Positions 26,471 through 39,340 of a DNA stretch of 64,000 nt are shown one piece after another. The stretch's first letter is position 1, and each line of letters begins with the position of its first letter. The stretch comes from Octopus sinensis. Lineage: Eukaryota. The stretch is from assembly GCF_006345805.1 (NCBI RefSeq), contig NC_043006.1, positions 3,906,001 to 3,970,000 of the forward strand, written 5' to 3'. Both the position numbers and the translations under genes were made by a program. The notes under the pieces are model-generated. The model ran no database searches. It was not told the origin of the DNA and saw only the letters and a program-made list of their open reading frames with translations.

Positions 26471-27467
26471 GTCGATGGCGGTTTCAAGGGGCGATAAGTG
26501 AAGTGAAGCGTGCATAGATAGATATATACCACTCTCCGCATAACATGTAGCCTTAAGCAGCGCAGGCGTGACCACTTTTGCAATTCTCTGTCTGCCAGCA
26601 GCCTTACTGCACACACACACACACGCATACATATACGCATACATACATGCACAAATTCATATATACATACATGTATAATGCAAACATAGATTCACATAAA
26701 CATTCATACATACACACGTACATACATTCATACATACATACATATAAATATACATACATACACACGTACATACATTCATACATACATACATATAAATATA
26801 CATACATACACACGTACATACATAAACACGTAGATACATTCATAAATACATACCATACACATACACACGTACATACATCCATACATACATTTATACATAC
26901 ATACGTACGCACAGACATCCATACCTACGTACATATAAATATACATACATACGTACATACACACACACACACAGATACAAGTAGAACACACACACACACA
27001 CACATTTATGTGCACGTAAACATAGAGCATTCATTACCAAACATATACACACACGTATACAGGTAGATGCATCCAGACGCAGCATATATTTACTTGCACA
27101 TTCACAATCGCAGGTATATACGGAAACACACACACACGCAACACACACACACACACTCGCTTTGGTACGTGAGTCTAAGTGTGTGTGTGTCTGAGTGTGT
27201 ATATGCGTGCGTGTGTGACGTTTACAAGGAACTGATATATAGGTAGGAACATGGATAGATAAATGACTAGATAGATAGGTTGACAGATGAGTTCAGAGAC
27301 AGACAGACAGGAAGGAAGGAAGGAAGGAAAGATGGATGGATGGATGGATGGACTGACAGACAGTCAGAGAAAAAGATAGATAGACAGAAGATAGTAGATA
27401 GTAGATAGATAATAGATAGATAGATAAGATAGATAGATAGATAGATTAGATAGATAGGTAGAGTAGA

Positions 27468-27640
27468 TTATGTTTCTTTATTAGCCACACAGGATGCACA
27501 CAGATAGAACAAATTACAAGGTATAGCTTTTCTTTTGAAGGTATTAAAAAAAAAAAAAAAAAAAAAAAAAGGAAGGGGGAGGTGCGATCAAAAGGGATCG
27601 TAAAAGGAGAGAAAGAGGAGAAAGAGGACAAAAAATAGGG

Positions 27641-27674
<34 letters not shown>

Positions 27675-30469
27675 GGGGGGAGAGGAAAAAAAAAAAAAAA
27701 AAAAATGATCAATAGGGATCGTTATCACAGGAATGTCCAATATAGGGTAAAGGGGCAGAGGAGGACAGTGAGGTTTACCCGTGGAAAGAAAAGCCTGCGG
27801 AAAAGACCACGGTAACCTCGGTCAATGAAGTCAATTTATATTTCTTTTTTTTTTTTTTTTTTGCAAATAAGCAACTCTCTGTTTTCGTTTCTGGGTTCAT
27901 AGGACTATGCTCAAGGTGCTTCGTCATTCATACGTGCCATCTTGCTACATTCACCCATCTTTTTTTAAAAACATTCGCTAGACAAAACTTGCCTCTCTAC
28001 TCTCACTTTCCTTTCAAGTGGTACTTGAAGAAGTTGATGAGAGATTGACCAGAGAGGAAAGTGTTTGTCTCCAATCCTTTCAGACGCGTCCACCAGATAC
28101 ATTCTTTCGCCATAGCCACAGGATGATTGAAATAGCTCTTCCTTCCCGTTTGAAGGAAGGAGGCGTGACAATATGACGAATAGACTCAGGCTGATAAACC
28201 GACTCGTCCCACACGTGACAGCAGTTGTTCGACATAAGCCCACAGGTCGGGAAATTGTTGGACACTGCACGAGTGCGTGCAGAACGGTTTCGTCGCTCTG
28301 ACCGCATCTCGGGCAGGTCGGCCCCGTGTTTCTCGAGCCGTGTCTGTAGAGCTTATCCCGAACGGGTAGCGCTTCCGGTAGCACTGCCAGGCCAGGGATC
28401 TCTGGAAGTTGTCCATGGGCCCTGGCCCGAAAGTCGTCCCGAACAGGCGGGTCAGGTACTCCTCGTCGACGTCCAGTTTCGCCCGAGCTCGTCGTAGTAC
28501 CTCCCTCCACTAAACCCCTATAGAATGCTTTGGTTGTGTTGAAGTCACTTAAGGTCGACCAGGACGGCAGAGTTGCTTGAGAGCAACGCGACACTCGCGG
28601 TGCCATTCGCCCTTCCTCGGCCTCTTTTTGATCCACGACTGCAGTTCGGTCATGGAGACGAGCTGCGGGAAAGCTGTGCCTCACAAACGGCGACCACACC
28701 TGTTCACCGTCGTCTACATAGAGCCAGGAGATGTCGCAGTCTCAGCGCGTGTCTGCGCGCATCATCAACCACGGCATGCCCAGCCTCTTTTAACGGGTTT
28801 GTTGACAGCAAATGGATCGCCTGACCATCGGGGACGCATCCTTTCCACAAGAAGCGAAAGAGGATGCGTTGTAGTTTGGTGATGGTAGGGTCGGGACAAG
28901 GTACGACGGTCAGGAGGTAGGGTAGTTAGTAGATGACGGACGCGATGTACGTGTTCGCCACCTCCGCTCGACCTTTTAGGGACAGTTTCTCTCGGCCCAT
29001 TGCCGGGCGAGAGTGACCACCCTACTCGTTATCTCGTTCCAGTTCTTCTCCACTTGGAGGTCCGGACCAAACCAGACCCCGAGGCAACTCAACCTGGCCG
29101 TCGGTCCAGCGTCCCACGACGGAGGCGCTGGTGGACGGCATGGGCTTGCTTTCCAGGTGCCTAGTCGCAAGCCCACTGACTTTTCCGGTTGATTTTCGCT
29201 CCTGTCACCGCTTCGTAGTTTTTCAGTGTCTCGCCGACCAGCTCGATGTGCTCGTGCTAGACACTATGACGGTTGACGTCGTCCGCGTATGCAGACACGC
29301 TCGTCCCGCATCCCAATTCTCGCGGGATGCCCCTTAGAGTCGCCAGCTTCCGCAGTAGTGGCTCAAGAGTCAATACGTATAGAAGCGCCGAGAGGGGGCA
29401 TCCCTGACGGACCGAACGTGCAATGTCGAAAGGTCTCGATAGATGTCCATTTACGCGAATTACCGAACGGATGCCTCTGTAAGGCAGCTATCCAGCCGCG
29501 GAAGACGGGACCGAACCAGCCGCTCTCAGGACTGCCTCCAAGTATCGATGGTCTACCCTATCAAAGGCTTTTGATTGATCAAGTTGATCAGGGCCCCACC
29601 ATGCCAGGTTCGTTAACTACCCTGTCTATGATGTAGCGCATCAGATGGAGGTGTCATGGATGGTCCGGCTGGCACGGCGCATGTTGCGCCTTGTCGACAA
29701 GTTTCTCGATGACAAGCGCCAACCTCTTGGCTAGCACCTTGGCCAAATTTTCAAGTCTGCATTAAGCAGAGTGATGGCCTAAAGTTATCTATTACATTTC
29801 CCTGTTTAGATCTTTCTTCAGCAGTGTTACGGCTCCTCGGCTCACAAAACCAGGAATGCTCCCGTTTTGCTGCAGTTGCAGTACACCGCCGCCAAGAGAT
29901 CTCCAAACAAGTCTGGCATACAATTGTAAAGCTCGTAGGGTAGACCATCCAAACCCGGTGATTTGTCCCTCGAGCATTCTGCCATCGCTTCCCGCACTTC
30001 CGCCGCCGTGATGGCACACTTCGCAGCACCCTGCCTTTCTTGTCGAGAGTATCGTGGTAGGCTATGTAGGTAGGCAGTGAGTCCACCCTACGTTCTTGCC
30101 CTCCACATCTTTCCGAACAGTCGGGCCAAAATGCTGCTGAAAGGCCTCACACATTTTACTTGGCTCGAGCAATTCGCGCCCCTGTTCATCTACCAGTGAC
30201 CGAATGGTGGCTTGTTGCCCTGTTGCGCCTCTGCACCCGGGCCTCTCTCGCGGCTCCAACACCTTCGTTCCTTAGAGCACGCATCCTAGCTCTGACAGCA
30301 CATCCTTCGTGTTTGGCGTTGAAGTGTTGGTCGAGGGCCAACCTCGCCGCCAAAACGTCGGATGCGATGCCGCTTCTAATTGCCTCTTCTAGCTTCTTAA
30401 CTAGCTCACCCTCTACTCTATTTCTATCTATGGCTAGTGCTTTGCTGTACCTAATCGCTTCTGCTTTTA

Positions 30470-30470
<1 letters not shown>
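27468..30470 (-). mobile_element. L1-clade (Tx1-type) non-LTR retrotransposon, 5'-truncated ORF2
   Basis: RSVRQGCPLSALLYVL, SVSAYADDV, CLGVWFGPD, CPRCGQSDETVLHALVQCP; many frameshifts; 3' UTR ending ..aataaagaaac. Confidence 0.9.
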
Positions 30471-30501
<31 letters not shown>

Positions 30502-30542
30502 GTAGATAGATAGATAGATAGGTAGATAGATAGATAGATAGG

Positions 30543-30610
<68 letters not shown>
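30471..30610. repeat. (TAGA)n tract; a matching (TAGA)n tract lies at ~27380-27466
   Basis: Directly visible on both sides of the Tx1 element. Confidence 0.95.
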
Positions 30611-30611
<1 letters not shown>

Positions 30612-30944
30612 GTGATGTAACATACACAGGAATAGATGAATATATAGCAACTTGTGAATGTATATTTATAGCTTATATGAAGAAGTGAACATGTAGCAAT
30701 ATATTTCATGCAGCACACATATTCGACGCTTATATACAGACTGTATTACTCCAGAAATTAATAGACACCTGATTTTAAACACTATGTATTCCAGTATCAT
30801 TGCACAAACGTATCACATAAGTAGAATATAAATACGTATATAAAACGTATTGCGTACCCCAAACACTATACAAGACACTGTACATGCAACCATTTGCACA
30901 CAACACCATGTTTTTTATTTATTATACACACACAAACACACACA

Positions 30945-30978
<34 letters not shown>

Positions 30979-31106
30979 TTATTATTAGTAATATATATTA
31001 AGATTCACTTGAATCGTCGGTATTAGCACCAAGTCAACGGTATTATCCGAACAGTTCGAAGTATGGTGAATAAAATCAAAATAAGCAACAGGATATCAAG
31101 TAGTAA

Positions 31107-31192
31107 TGCAGTACGGCCGTTTCAAGCGGCTCCAGTTAATTGAACAATCCAATCATTACATCAATTTAAATGCAGTGCTATCTTCAGCTGCA
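31107..31192 (-). ncRNA. Type-I hammerhead ribozyme motif, intact core, long helix II
   Basis: TGCAG CTGAAGA T AGC..49 nt..GCT T GAAA CGGCCG TA CTGCA: perfect 5-bp helix I, ACGGCCGT palindrome, GUA site. Confidence 0.82.
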
Positions 31193-31428
31193 CAAAATAT
31201 AGAATTTTAAACAAGTAGGACACATTAATATAATTTTCCTTAAATATTTTAACAGAGTAAGAAGATGGGAGAAATTCATATATATATAGATGATAGATAG
31301 ATAGATAGATAGTTACATAGATAGATATCTGCATGCATATGTATATATGTATATATGTACATTTGTATATGTATATATATGTAATATATATATATATATA
31401 TATATATATGTATACATATACATATATA

Positions 31429-31484
<56 letters not shown>

Positions 31485-31536
31485 GCATGCGTGTATGTAC
31501 GTATATATGTACGTGTGGTATATGTGTGTAAATATA

Positions 31537-33297
31537 CAGGATGCGTAAGGTATTTGAGGCCATACATATAGGCGTAGGCAGCCTACCTATAGGCGCAGGA
31601 GTGGCTGTTGGTAAGTAACTTGCTAACGAACCACATGGTTCCGGGTTCAGTCCACTGCATGGCATCTTGGGCAAGTGTCTTCCACTATAGCCTCCGGCCG
31701 AACAATGCCCTTTGAGTGGATTTCGTAGACACAAACTAAATGAAGCCCGTCATATATATGTATATATATATATATATGTACGTATGTGTGTGTATATGTT
31801 TGTGTGTCTGTATTTGCCCACCCCCAACATCGCTTGACAACCGATCTTGGTGTGTTTACGTCCCCGTAACATAGCGGTTCGGCAAAAGAGACCGATAGTA
31901 TAAGTACTAGGCTTACAAAGAATAAGTCCAGGGGTTGATTTGCCCGACTAAAGGCAGTGATCCAGCATGGCCGCAGCCAAATGACTGAAATAAGTAAAAG
32001 TGTAAAAGAGTATACCTTTGTTGGGTCATTGCTGCATTTTTTGCTAACTCTGTATAATCTTTGTTTCAGGAAATAATAATGGCACACCCTCAGCTTGCTC
32101 AAGAAATGAAGGGGCATGCTGTTATTGTGGTTATAAAGGCTGAGCATAGCGATTTAGAAATATTTCGATTTTTAAAAGTTGCCAGATCTTTCGTCTACAA
32201 AGTTCGTAAGGAGTTAGAGAATGAAGATGGAAATATATCACTAATATCAAAGCATAAAGGCATTCTAAACGCTCTTAAATCATCAGAAGACTTGAATATA
32301 AATTCAAGTGTTATATAAATTTCACCATTTCACCAAAGATACTTTGAAAGCTGCCATAGAAAGAGTAATGTCCAAAATGAACCAGGACCACTTGATTCAA
32401 GCATATAGGTGATTTAGATCTCATATAGAAGCAGTTGTTGAAGCTGAAGGTGGCTTTATTGAATAACATTTTAGAAAAGAAGGTTTATTTTTATCATATA
32501 AGTTTTATATGATGAAGAAAGGTCAATTTGTCAGAAAGTCAAAAGAACACCGCTACATCAGATCCAAAAGACCCTTAAACAAACTGAAAAATCCAGCAGA
32601 ACATTTGATTTGGTTTCTCGCAAACGAGAAAAACTTCGACCAAGATCAAAAGGTTAACAGAAGAAATGACAGATGGTTATGTGCAGACCCTTCTGAAGTT
32701 CCAAGTGTTATGCATACAAAATTTCCTGCAGTTGTCATAGTTTTAGGGGTTGTCAGCAATGAAGGACATGTGAGGCCTCCTTACATCTTTCCACAAGGCC
32801 TTAGAGTTAACTCTGCCGCCTACATTGAGGTCCTGGAAATAATTGTTAAGCCTGGATAGACAGTGTATGCAATGGAAGGCCATATGTGTTTCAGTAAGAC
32901 TCTGCACTATCACACATGGAATGGATGGTTGAAAATTTTCACGATCACATAACCCCGAACATTTGGCTTCCTAATTCCTCAGATCTCAATCCATTGGACT
33001 GTTACATGTGGAGCGTTGTTCAGAGAGAGGTCAATGAACATACCCACTTCATCAAAGATTCTTTGAAAGTTGCCATAGTCAGAGTAATGTTCAAAATGAA
33101 CCAGGACCACTTGATTCGAGCATGTAGATGATTTAGATCTCATATAGAAGCAGTCGTTGAAGTTGAAGGTGGCTTTATTGAATAACATTACAGAAAATAA
33201 AGTTTATTTTTATCCTCATAGCAGTTTTTGATAAATAAAGTTATTATCTGTTTTTTTTTTATAAACATAAATCTGTCCTCAAATATCTTACGCATTC

Positions 33298-33299
<2 letters not shown>
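31537..33299 (+). mobile_element. Tc1/mariner (maT/DD37D-like) DNA transposon, disabled, with nested SINEs
   Basis: TIRs caggatgcgtaaggtatttgagg / cctcaaatatcttacgcattctg (21/23); TA at left end; EKNFDQDQKVNRRNDRW, FQ*DSA, WLPNSSDLNPLDCYMW. Confidence 0.88.
31592..32010 (+). mobile_element. Two SINEs (family C 31592-31755; family B ~31820-32010) inserted in the transposon 5' region
   Basis: ggcgcaggagtggctg..GGGTTCAGTCC head; family B match. Confidence 0.8.
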
Positions 33300-33346
<47 letters not shown>

Positions 33347-33367
33347 TTATGTATGTATGAATATATG

Positions 33368-33408
<41 letters not shown>

Positions 33409-33542
33409 GTATGTATGTATATATGTATGTATGTACGTATGTATATATGGATAAAGGAAAGATTTAATCGTTACTAAATGTGACTGAGAGTGCGGACGTA
33501 ACTACATTCCTAGAAATAAGAGTTAATAACTCTTAATACTGT

Positions 33543-34945
33543 GAGAATGATCGATTATATGCACCATGTGCTGAACTTGGTATGGATGACAGAGACGATC
33601 CCAAATGACTGGAAGAAGGGCATTTTGGTGAAGCTGCCGAAGAGTGGGGATTTATCACAGTGTAAAAAGTGGAGAGGAATTACCTTGCTTTCCATTCCAA
33701 GCAAAGTCCTTACAAGAATCATCTTGGAGCGATAGAAAGATACCATTGGCAAGCAATTCAGAGATGAGCCCAGCAGGTTTCAGAAAGGAGAGATCATGCA
33801 CGGACCATATTGCGACGCTCAGAGTCGTCAGAGTGGAGCAGACAATGGAATGGCAAACGTCACTCTATGTGTGCTTCGTCGACTTTGACAGCAAAGACAG
33901 GCAGACAATCTGGGACATCTTACGACACTGTGGTGTGCCAGAGAAGATCGTGGGCATTATTCGATTACTCTACGAGGAGTTTTCTTGCCAGGTCATCCAT
34001 ACTGGGAGATTGTCGGAGGAATTCAGGGTCAGCACGGGAGTCAGACAGGGCTGTTAGTTGTCACCGCTCCTGTTCCTCGTCGTGCTGGACTGGATCACCA
34101 GGACGGCTTACGCTACCTGCGGGAAAGGTATTCAGTGGACACCGATGAACAAGCTGGAGGACTTGGACTACGCAGATGATCTCGCGCTACTGTCACATCG
34201 CTTGCAAGACATGCAAGATAAGGTAGACCACCTGACAGAAACTTCACAGCGAATGGGCTTGAGGATCAGCCGGGAAAAGACAAAGGTGCAGCGTATCAAC
34301 AACAAGCAGGAAGAACCAATCACAATCGAGGGGGGACCTGTGGAGGACGTTAGTGAGTTTGTTTATCTTGGCAGCAAGATCAGCAAATCAGGTGGATCAG
34401 ACGAGGACATCAGGGCAAGAAGGCTTGGCAAGCCTTCGCTATTCTTCGGCCGGTATGGAAGTCCACTACCATCTCAACTCGAACTAAACTCCGCTTATTT
34501 AGTTCAAACGTAAAATCTGTGCTTTTGTATTGTTCTGAAACATGGAGAGCCACCTGAAGCAACTACAAGAAGATCCAGACCTTCATCAACTAATGCCTCC
34601 GGCAGATCCTCCATCTGAAGTGGCTCGACAGAATGCCAAACACCGACCTGTGGGAAAGGGCCAACCAGGAGCCCATACATGTTCAGATTAGACGAAGGAA
34701 ATGGAGATGGACCGGATATAGACTGCGGAAAGAACCCTCAAATGTGACACGACAAGCACTTGACTGGAACCCGCAGGAGAAAAGGAAGCGAGGACGCCCG
34801 AAGCAGACATGGAAGCGGAGCATTTTGGACGAGCTCAGGACAACCGGCCTGACATGGGAAGCAGCCAAGAAACACGCCAATGACCGCAAAAAGGGGAAAA
34901 CAACCGTTGAGGCCCTATACTCCACAAGGGGCAAAAAGGATTAAG
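33543..34945 (+). mobile_element. RTE-clade LINE, 5'-truncated and disabled
   Basis: DWKKGILVKLPKSGDLSQCKKWRGITLLS, GVRQGC..SPLLFLVVLD, LEDLDYADDLALLSH, FVYLGS, ALDWNPQ.KRKRGRPKQTW. Confidence 0.93.
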
Positions 34946-34956
34946 AGAGACAGAAT

Positions 34957-35465
34957 ACTGTGAGAAGAGCGCAAAATATATACACTGACGGGGTAGGTAA
35001 CTGCCCCATGACCATCTCTAGAATCACTAGACTTCTTTTGTCTATTTCTTAGGCACCGTCATTAGTGACGACTCAAATGGTCGTTGGTTTGGCTAAAACC
35101 GTCTACCAGTAATATAGTTTTACCATAAATATTTATGACTGATTTAACGAAATGCTAATAAGTACTAAAAATTAATATAGCCACATCTACTGACGATAAT
35201 TTTTTTCTTTTATGGTATTATATTGCGCCTAGCTGTTTACATTAATTTTTAGTATACACATTAGCATTTCGCTAAATCATCCATAATCTTTTATGGTAAA
35301 AATATATAAACTGGCAGATTTCGCGAAACAATCCACCGTTTGAATAATCACAACTGATGATACCTACGAAATAGTCTAAACTAGTCTAATCTAGTGATTT
35401 TAGAGACGGTCGTGGGCGGTTACCTCCCCTGTCACTCAATATATTTTGCGCTCTTCTTACAGTGC
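34957..35465. mobile_element. MITE-like element with ~75-bp imperfect terminal inverted repeats
   Basis: actgtgagaagagcgcaaaatatat..ggtaac..ctctagaatcactag versus ctagtgattttagag..gttacc..atatattttgcgctcttcttacagt; TSD not resolved. Confidence 0.7.
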
Positions 35466-35614
35466 TAAGAACTTTTAACTCTTGTTTCTAGCAATGTAGG
35501 TGCTTCGGCACTCTGAGTAACATTTAGTGACGATTAAATTTTTCCTTTACGATAATATATTGCGCCTAGCTGTTTATATTAGTTTTTAGTATATATATAT
35601 ATATGTATATATAT

Positions 35615-36110
35615 ATATACGAGCAAAACGCCCCCGCCCCCACGTCCAATGGACGGTGCTGAGTTGTCAAACATTTAAACCAAATTTTCTTAAAACAACT
35701 TGTCCGAGCGTCCCATAGGCCTCCCCTTTGAGAAACTCTGATTTAACCTAAATTTGAGACACCAGCAAAAGAAGAAATAAAGATAGACTTTTTTCTATTC
35801 TAAATAAAAACGATTTTATTACCACAAATATGCAATCGAAGACTTTAACGTACCAGTAATGATAAGGCTGTTGACTGGGAGAACACAAACATGGTTTTAA
35901 CAGTATCGATCGCAACAGATGATGTACTTGCGCGTACAAGTACACGTTCCCACGGCTTTATCAATCGCATTCTAGCCTGGAATCGATTTTTGTAATATTT
36001 TCAAAACGTATACACGCCCTGATACCGTCGGTATCTACATATCAAATTTGAGCGCAATCGGATGGAGGGTGCCTGAGATCCTAGAAGACACACAAACAGA
36101 AAGAACGGAT
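35615..36110 (+). mobile_element. Possible Helentron-associated (HINE/DINE-like) non-autonomous element
   Basis: 3' end atcaaatttgagcgcaatcggatg..acacacaaacaga resembles HINE ends; similarity only. Confidence 0.35.
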
Positions 36111-36759
36111 TTTGTGTGTGAGAGAACATCTTTCAATGTGTGTGTTTATATTCATATGTGTATGTTTCACTCACTTAGACAAAGATTTTGAAAATCCTAA
36201 GAGATCTTGTGAAAGTAATGGTGCACGTGTAAGTGTGTGCGTGAATTGTAAATCAGTTTTAACAAAACGGCAAGATAATCCTAGTAAATCAACGAAAGAT
36301 TAATTAGCTATATCATATTTCTGATTTGAGAATTTTTGAAAATTTGTTCAATAGAGAGGATGGTTCATGATAATAATTTCAAAACTTACGGCTCGGCGAA
36401 ATAGATATTCCAGTCACTGCAACATTTGAGCTGACTAATTAAGTATTATGGGATTGCTGATATGTTTTAGTCAGAAGTTTTACGGGTCAAAAAGTTAAAC
36501 TCATTTAACCATTTAGCCCGTTGCATTAGCGACATCAACTACAAAGAATGTTTGACAAAGAAGAACTGATAGAAAGGGAGGGGGAGTCAAAGCTGTATGT
36601 AACGTGTGTTTTTCGCCAAGCATGCTTCCATAATTATTTTATTGAGATGAAAAAGAATCTTACAGGCATTGAAATGATAGTTATTGAAAGATAGGAAGTG
36701 GGGAGCAAAAGATTTCATATGCGTTTTTCTTTAAGCATGCCTAGTGGAAGCAAAATGGG

Positions 36760-37165
36760 AAAACAACGTAGCATCAATCTGGACGGGTTTCCTTTGAAAC
36801 AGTTCTCATGCTTCATACAGATCCGAAGGATGCTGCCATGAGCAAAACAAAATTTTACGAGTGGCTTTCACGCCACCGTTAACCTCCTGAACGAATGAAA
36901 ACAGCATGAAGATTTATGAACTGATCTTGGAAGACCATCACTAAACAAGTGACGTACTTGTTGAGATTACTGTTACAGCCTGCAGATCCATCCAAGGAAC
37001 TTTGAGCGAGGAATTGCGAATGAAAAGAGTTACAGCAAACATTGTGCCTCGCTTGATCACAGAAGATCTTCCATAAACCACCGTAGCCGAACTTGTGCCT
37101 CGAAGAGTAACTTTCTAGGTGCAATCATATGGTCATTCATGACCGAAGGGGTTCTTTACACTTTA
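36760..37165 (+). mobile_element. Mariner transposase N-terminal fragment
   Basis: MSKTKFYEW.., GRPS, ELRMKRVTANIVPRLIT (the RVxAK.VPxxL motif). Confidence 0.7.
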
Positions 37166-37182
37166 CCCTATTATATATATAT

Positions 37183-37214
<32 letters not shown>

Positions 37215-37292
37215 ATATATATATATATATATTATATATATATTATATATATATATATAATATATATATATATATATTTAATGTAGGAAATT

Positions 37293-37620
37293 TTTTATCA
37301 ATGGCCAGCATATTAAAAAAATACCTTTAAAGGTTAAAATTATAAACAACTTATAAATAAGGGCAAACGAAAAAATTTCTTATGCCGAAAATTGGACATA
37401 TTGTCTATTACCATATAATTTTTCACAATATGCACGCTACTCGAAAAAAAAAAACCGACAGAAATAGCGTGCATATTGTGAAAATTTATATGGTAATGGA
37501 CAATATGTCCAAATTTTCGGCATATTTGGCATTAGAAATTTTTTCGTTTGCCCTTATTTATAAGTTGTTTATAATTTTAACCTTTAAAGGTATTTTTTAA
37601 TATGCTGGCCATTGATAAAA
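37293..37620. repeat. Long palindrome, ~150-bp arms, 25-nt loop; third copy at 37921-38044
   Basis: 37293-37439 reverse-complements 37465-37620 apart from a ~9-nt indel and a few mismatches. Confidence 0.9.
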
Positions 37621-38057
37621 CATTTTTTTTCGAAAACATTTTATCCTACATAAATATAAATTTGTGTTCACTTCCGGACTCTCTCATTCTACGAGAGCCT
37701 CAGTTCAAATCGCGCGTGTCTTGAATGGGCTGGAGTATTTCTATTTTGGATGTATTTGGGGTACTTAGTTGTGCTCACGACTTAGTGTTTTGCTTCTTCC
37801 ATGGGTATGAGTAAGTATCTCATTTATTTCTTTTGCCACATTTATCAATGACGAAGGGAGGGTTCTTACGAACTAACCCTGAAATCGGTCCGATATGGTA
37901 ATAATGGAATTTTTTAGAGATTTCTGTCGGCTTTTTTTCGAGTAGCGTGTATATTGTGAAAAATTATATGGTAATGGACAATATGTCCAATTTTCGGCAT
38001 ATTTTGGCATTAGAAATTTTTTCGTTTGCCCTTATTTATAAGTTATATATATATATA

Positions 38058-39340
38058 TTTAAGTTCAGCAAAATTTAGATTCAAATGATTATGGTACTTA
38101 AGTTAGATGCACCAGAATTTTGTATGGTGTCATCCATATAAATCCATGGGGTGATTATAATCAAAATAAGCAACAAGAATAACTTCGGTAATTTGGTACG
38201 ATCGTTTCACGCTACATCATTTTATTAAATGTTGTAAGTATTACAATAGTATCAAAATGCTGAGCACTCATCAGCCATTAATAGGTTTTCCATTAATACA
38301 TAATTTTCATATCAAGTGATAACATTATAGAGAAGGTAGATAAATAGGCAAAGATGTGGATTTAAATTTTAAGAACGTTTAAGGTAGTGGAGTTTATCAA
38401 CTGACTGAATAATATTCAGTTGCTATGAAGTGCTAGAAGGTTCTGAGAAGAATGGACAAATGAAAGGAAACAAGAAAGATCTTCTATTTATAGAAATAGG
38501 GGTGAAATAGATGTCAAAGTTCCATATAAAGAAATTTAGGTAGATAGAAAAGGATTGTCACATTACAATGCCTATTACTACTATTTGGCAAACAGATTTA
38601 GCATTAGGAAAACTAGGTTAATGTCAAATGGTTATAATGACCACTTTTAGAGAATGCAGAGATTTTTTTAAACTTATATACATCAACTTTATAATTAGCT
38701 GATAGGTTTTGAGTATTTTGATTAGTTCGATTAAAGGAGAAATTATAAATCTAATATTTATTCAATTTAGAGTAAAAGCTATCACTTATTATGAGTAGGC
38801 ATAATACTTATTAATTGGGGACAAAATCTTATTAATCAAGTGAATATATTAGGGGTCAAATATATATAATAGGAAAAATAGAAGAGGAGTAATCAAAGAA
38901 GAAAGGTATTCGTAGGTTTAGTAGAAGGTGATTTAATAATATGAAGGGAAGTAATTTAGAAGAGTAACTTACTCAGATTTCATAGTGAATTGTTATTAAT
39001 GAATTAAAATATAGAATCTGTTAGAAATAATATTTACTACCCGCGGAGAAAGGCTAATTAGTTAGGTAAAAATATCCTAGGTTAATGATATATTAAGAAG
39101 TGAGATAATCAAGGTGAACCGAATAATTTCTTTAGGGACATAGAATTTATACTATTTAGTATAGGAGAATATCAAAAAAGGGAGAATTTAATTCTAAGTT
39201 TGCAAAGAAGATTTATAGTAATCTATGTATGTTGAATTAAAAACCAGTATGGTATATTCATTGTTATTTGGGTATAAAGAATTAAAATTTGAAAAATTTA
39301 GGAATATTCACAATATTATTATTTAAAATATTTAAACATA
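38058..39340 (-). mobile_element. Heavily decayed retroelement, probably a second Penelope-like family, with an HHR-bearing 3' repeat
   Basis: 3' part homologous to 30990-31192 (gttgcttattttgatt..tcacc tail and HHR); faint NFNSLYP thumb-like motif upstream. Confidence 0.5.
38194..38277 (-). ncRNA. Type-I hammerhead ribozyme motif, intact core, long helix II
   Basis: tgg CTGATGA GTGCT..AGCGT GAAA CGATCG TA cca; ACGATCGT palindrome; helix II extends (cattttg/taaaatg). Confidence 0.78.

Noticed and set aside
23335-26652. 437-491 aa Pro/His/Thr-rich ORFs as mucin/extensin-like genes
   Set aside because: Open in several frames on both strands simply because (GGT)n lacks stops
35354-35376. HHR-like CTGATGA-tacctac-GAAA-TAG-TC
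   Set aside because: Helix II cannot form and there is no palindrome in helix III; left as unsupported
38110-38140. IYMDD reverse-transcriptase motif on the minus strand
   Set aside because: Lies in the non-coding tail downstream of the HHR, homologous to 31000-31100 where the motif is absent; judged coincidental
38058-39340. Mitochondrial insertion (NUMT)
   Set aside because: AT-rich and strand-skewed, but no COX/CYTB/ND motifs found in the frames tried, and the 3' part matches a nuclear HHR-bearing repeat
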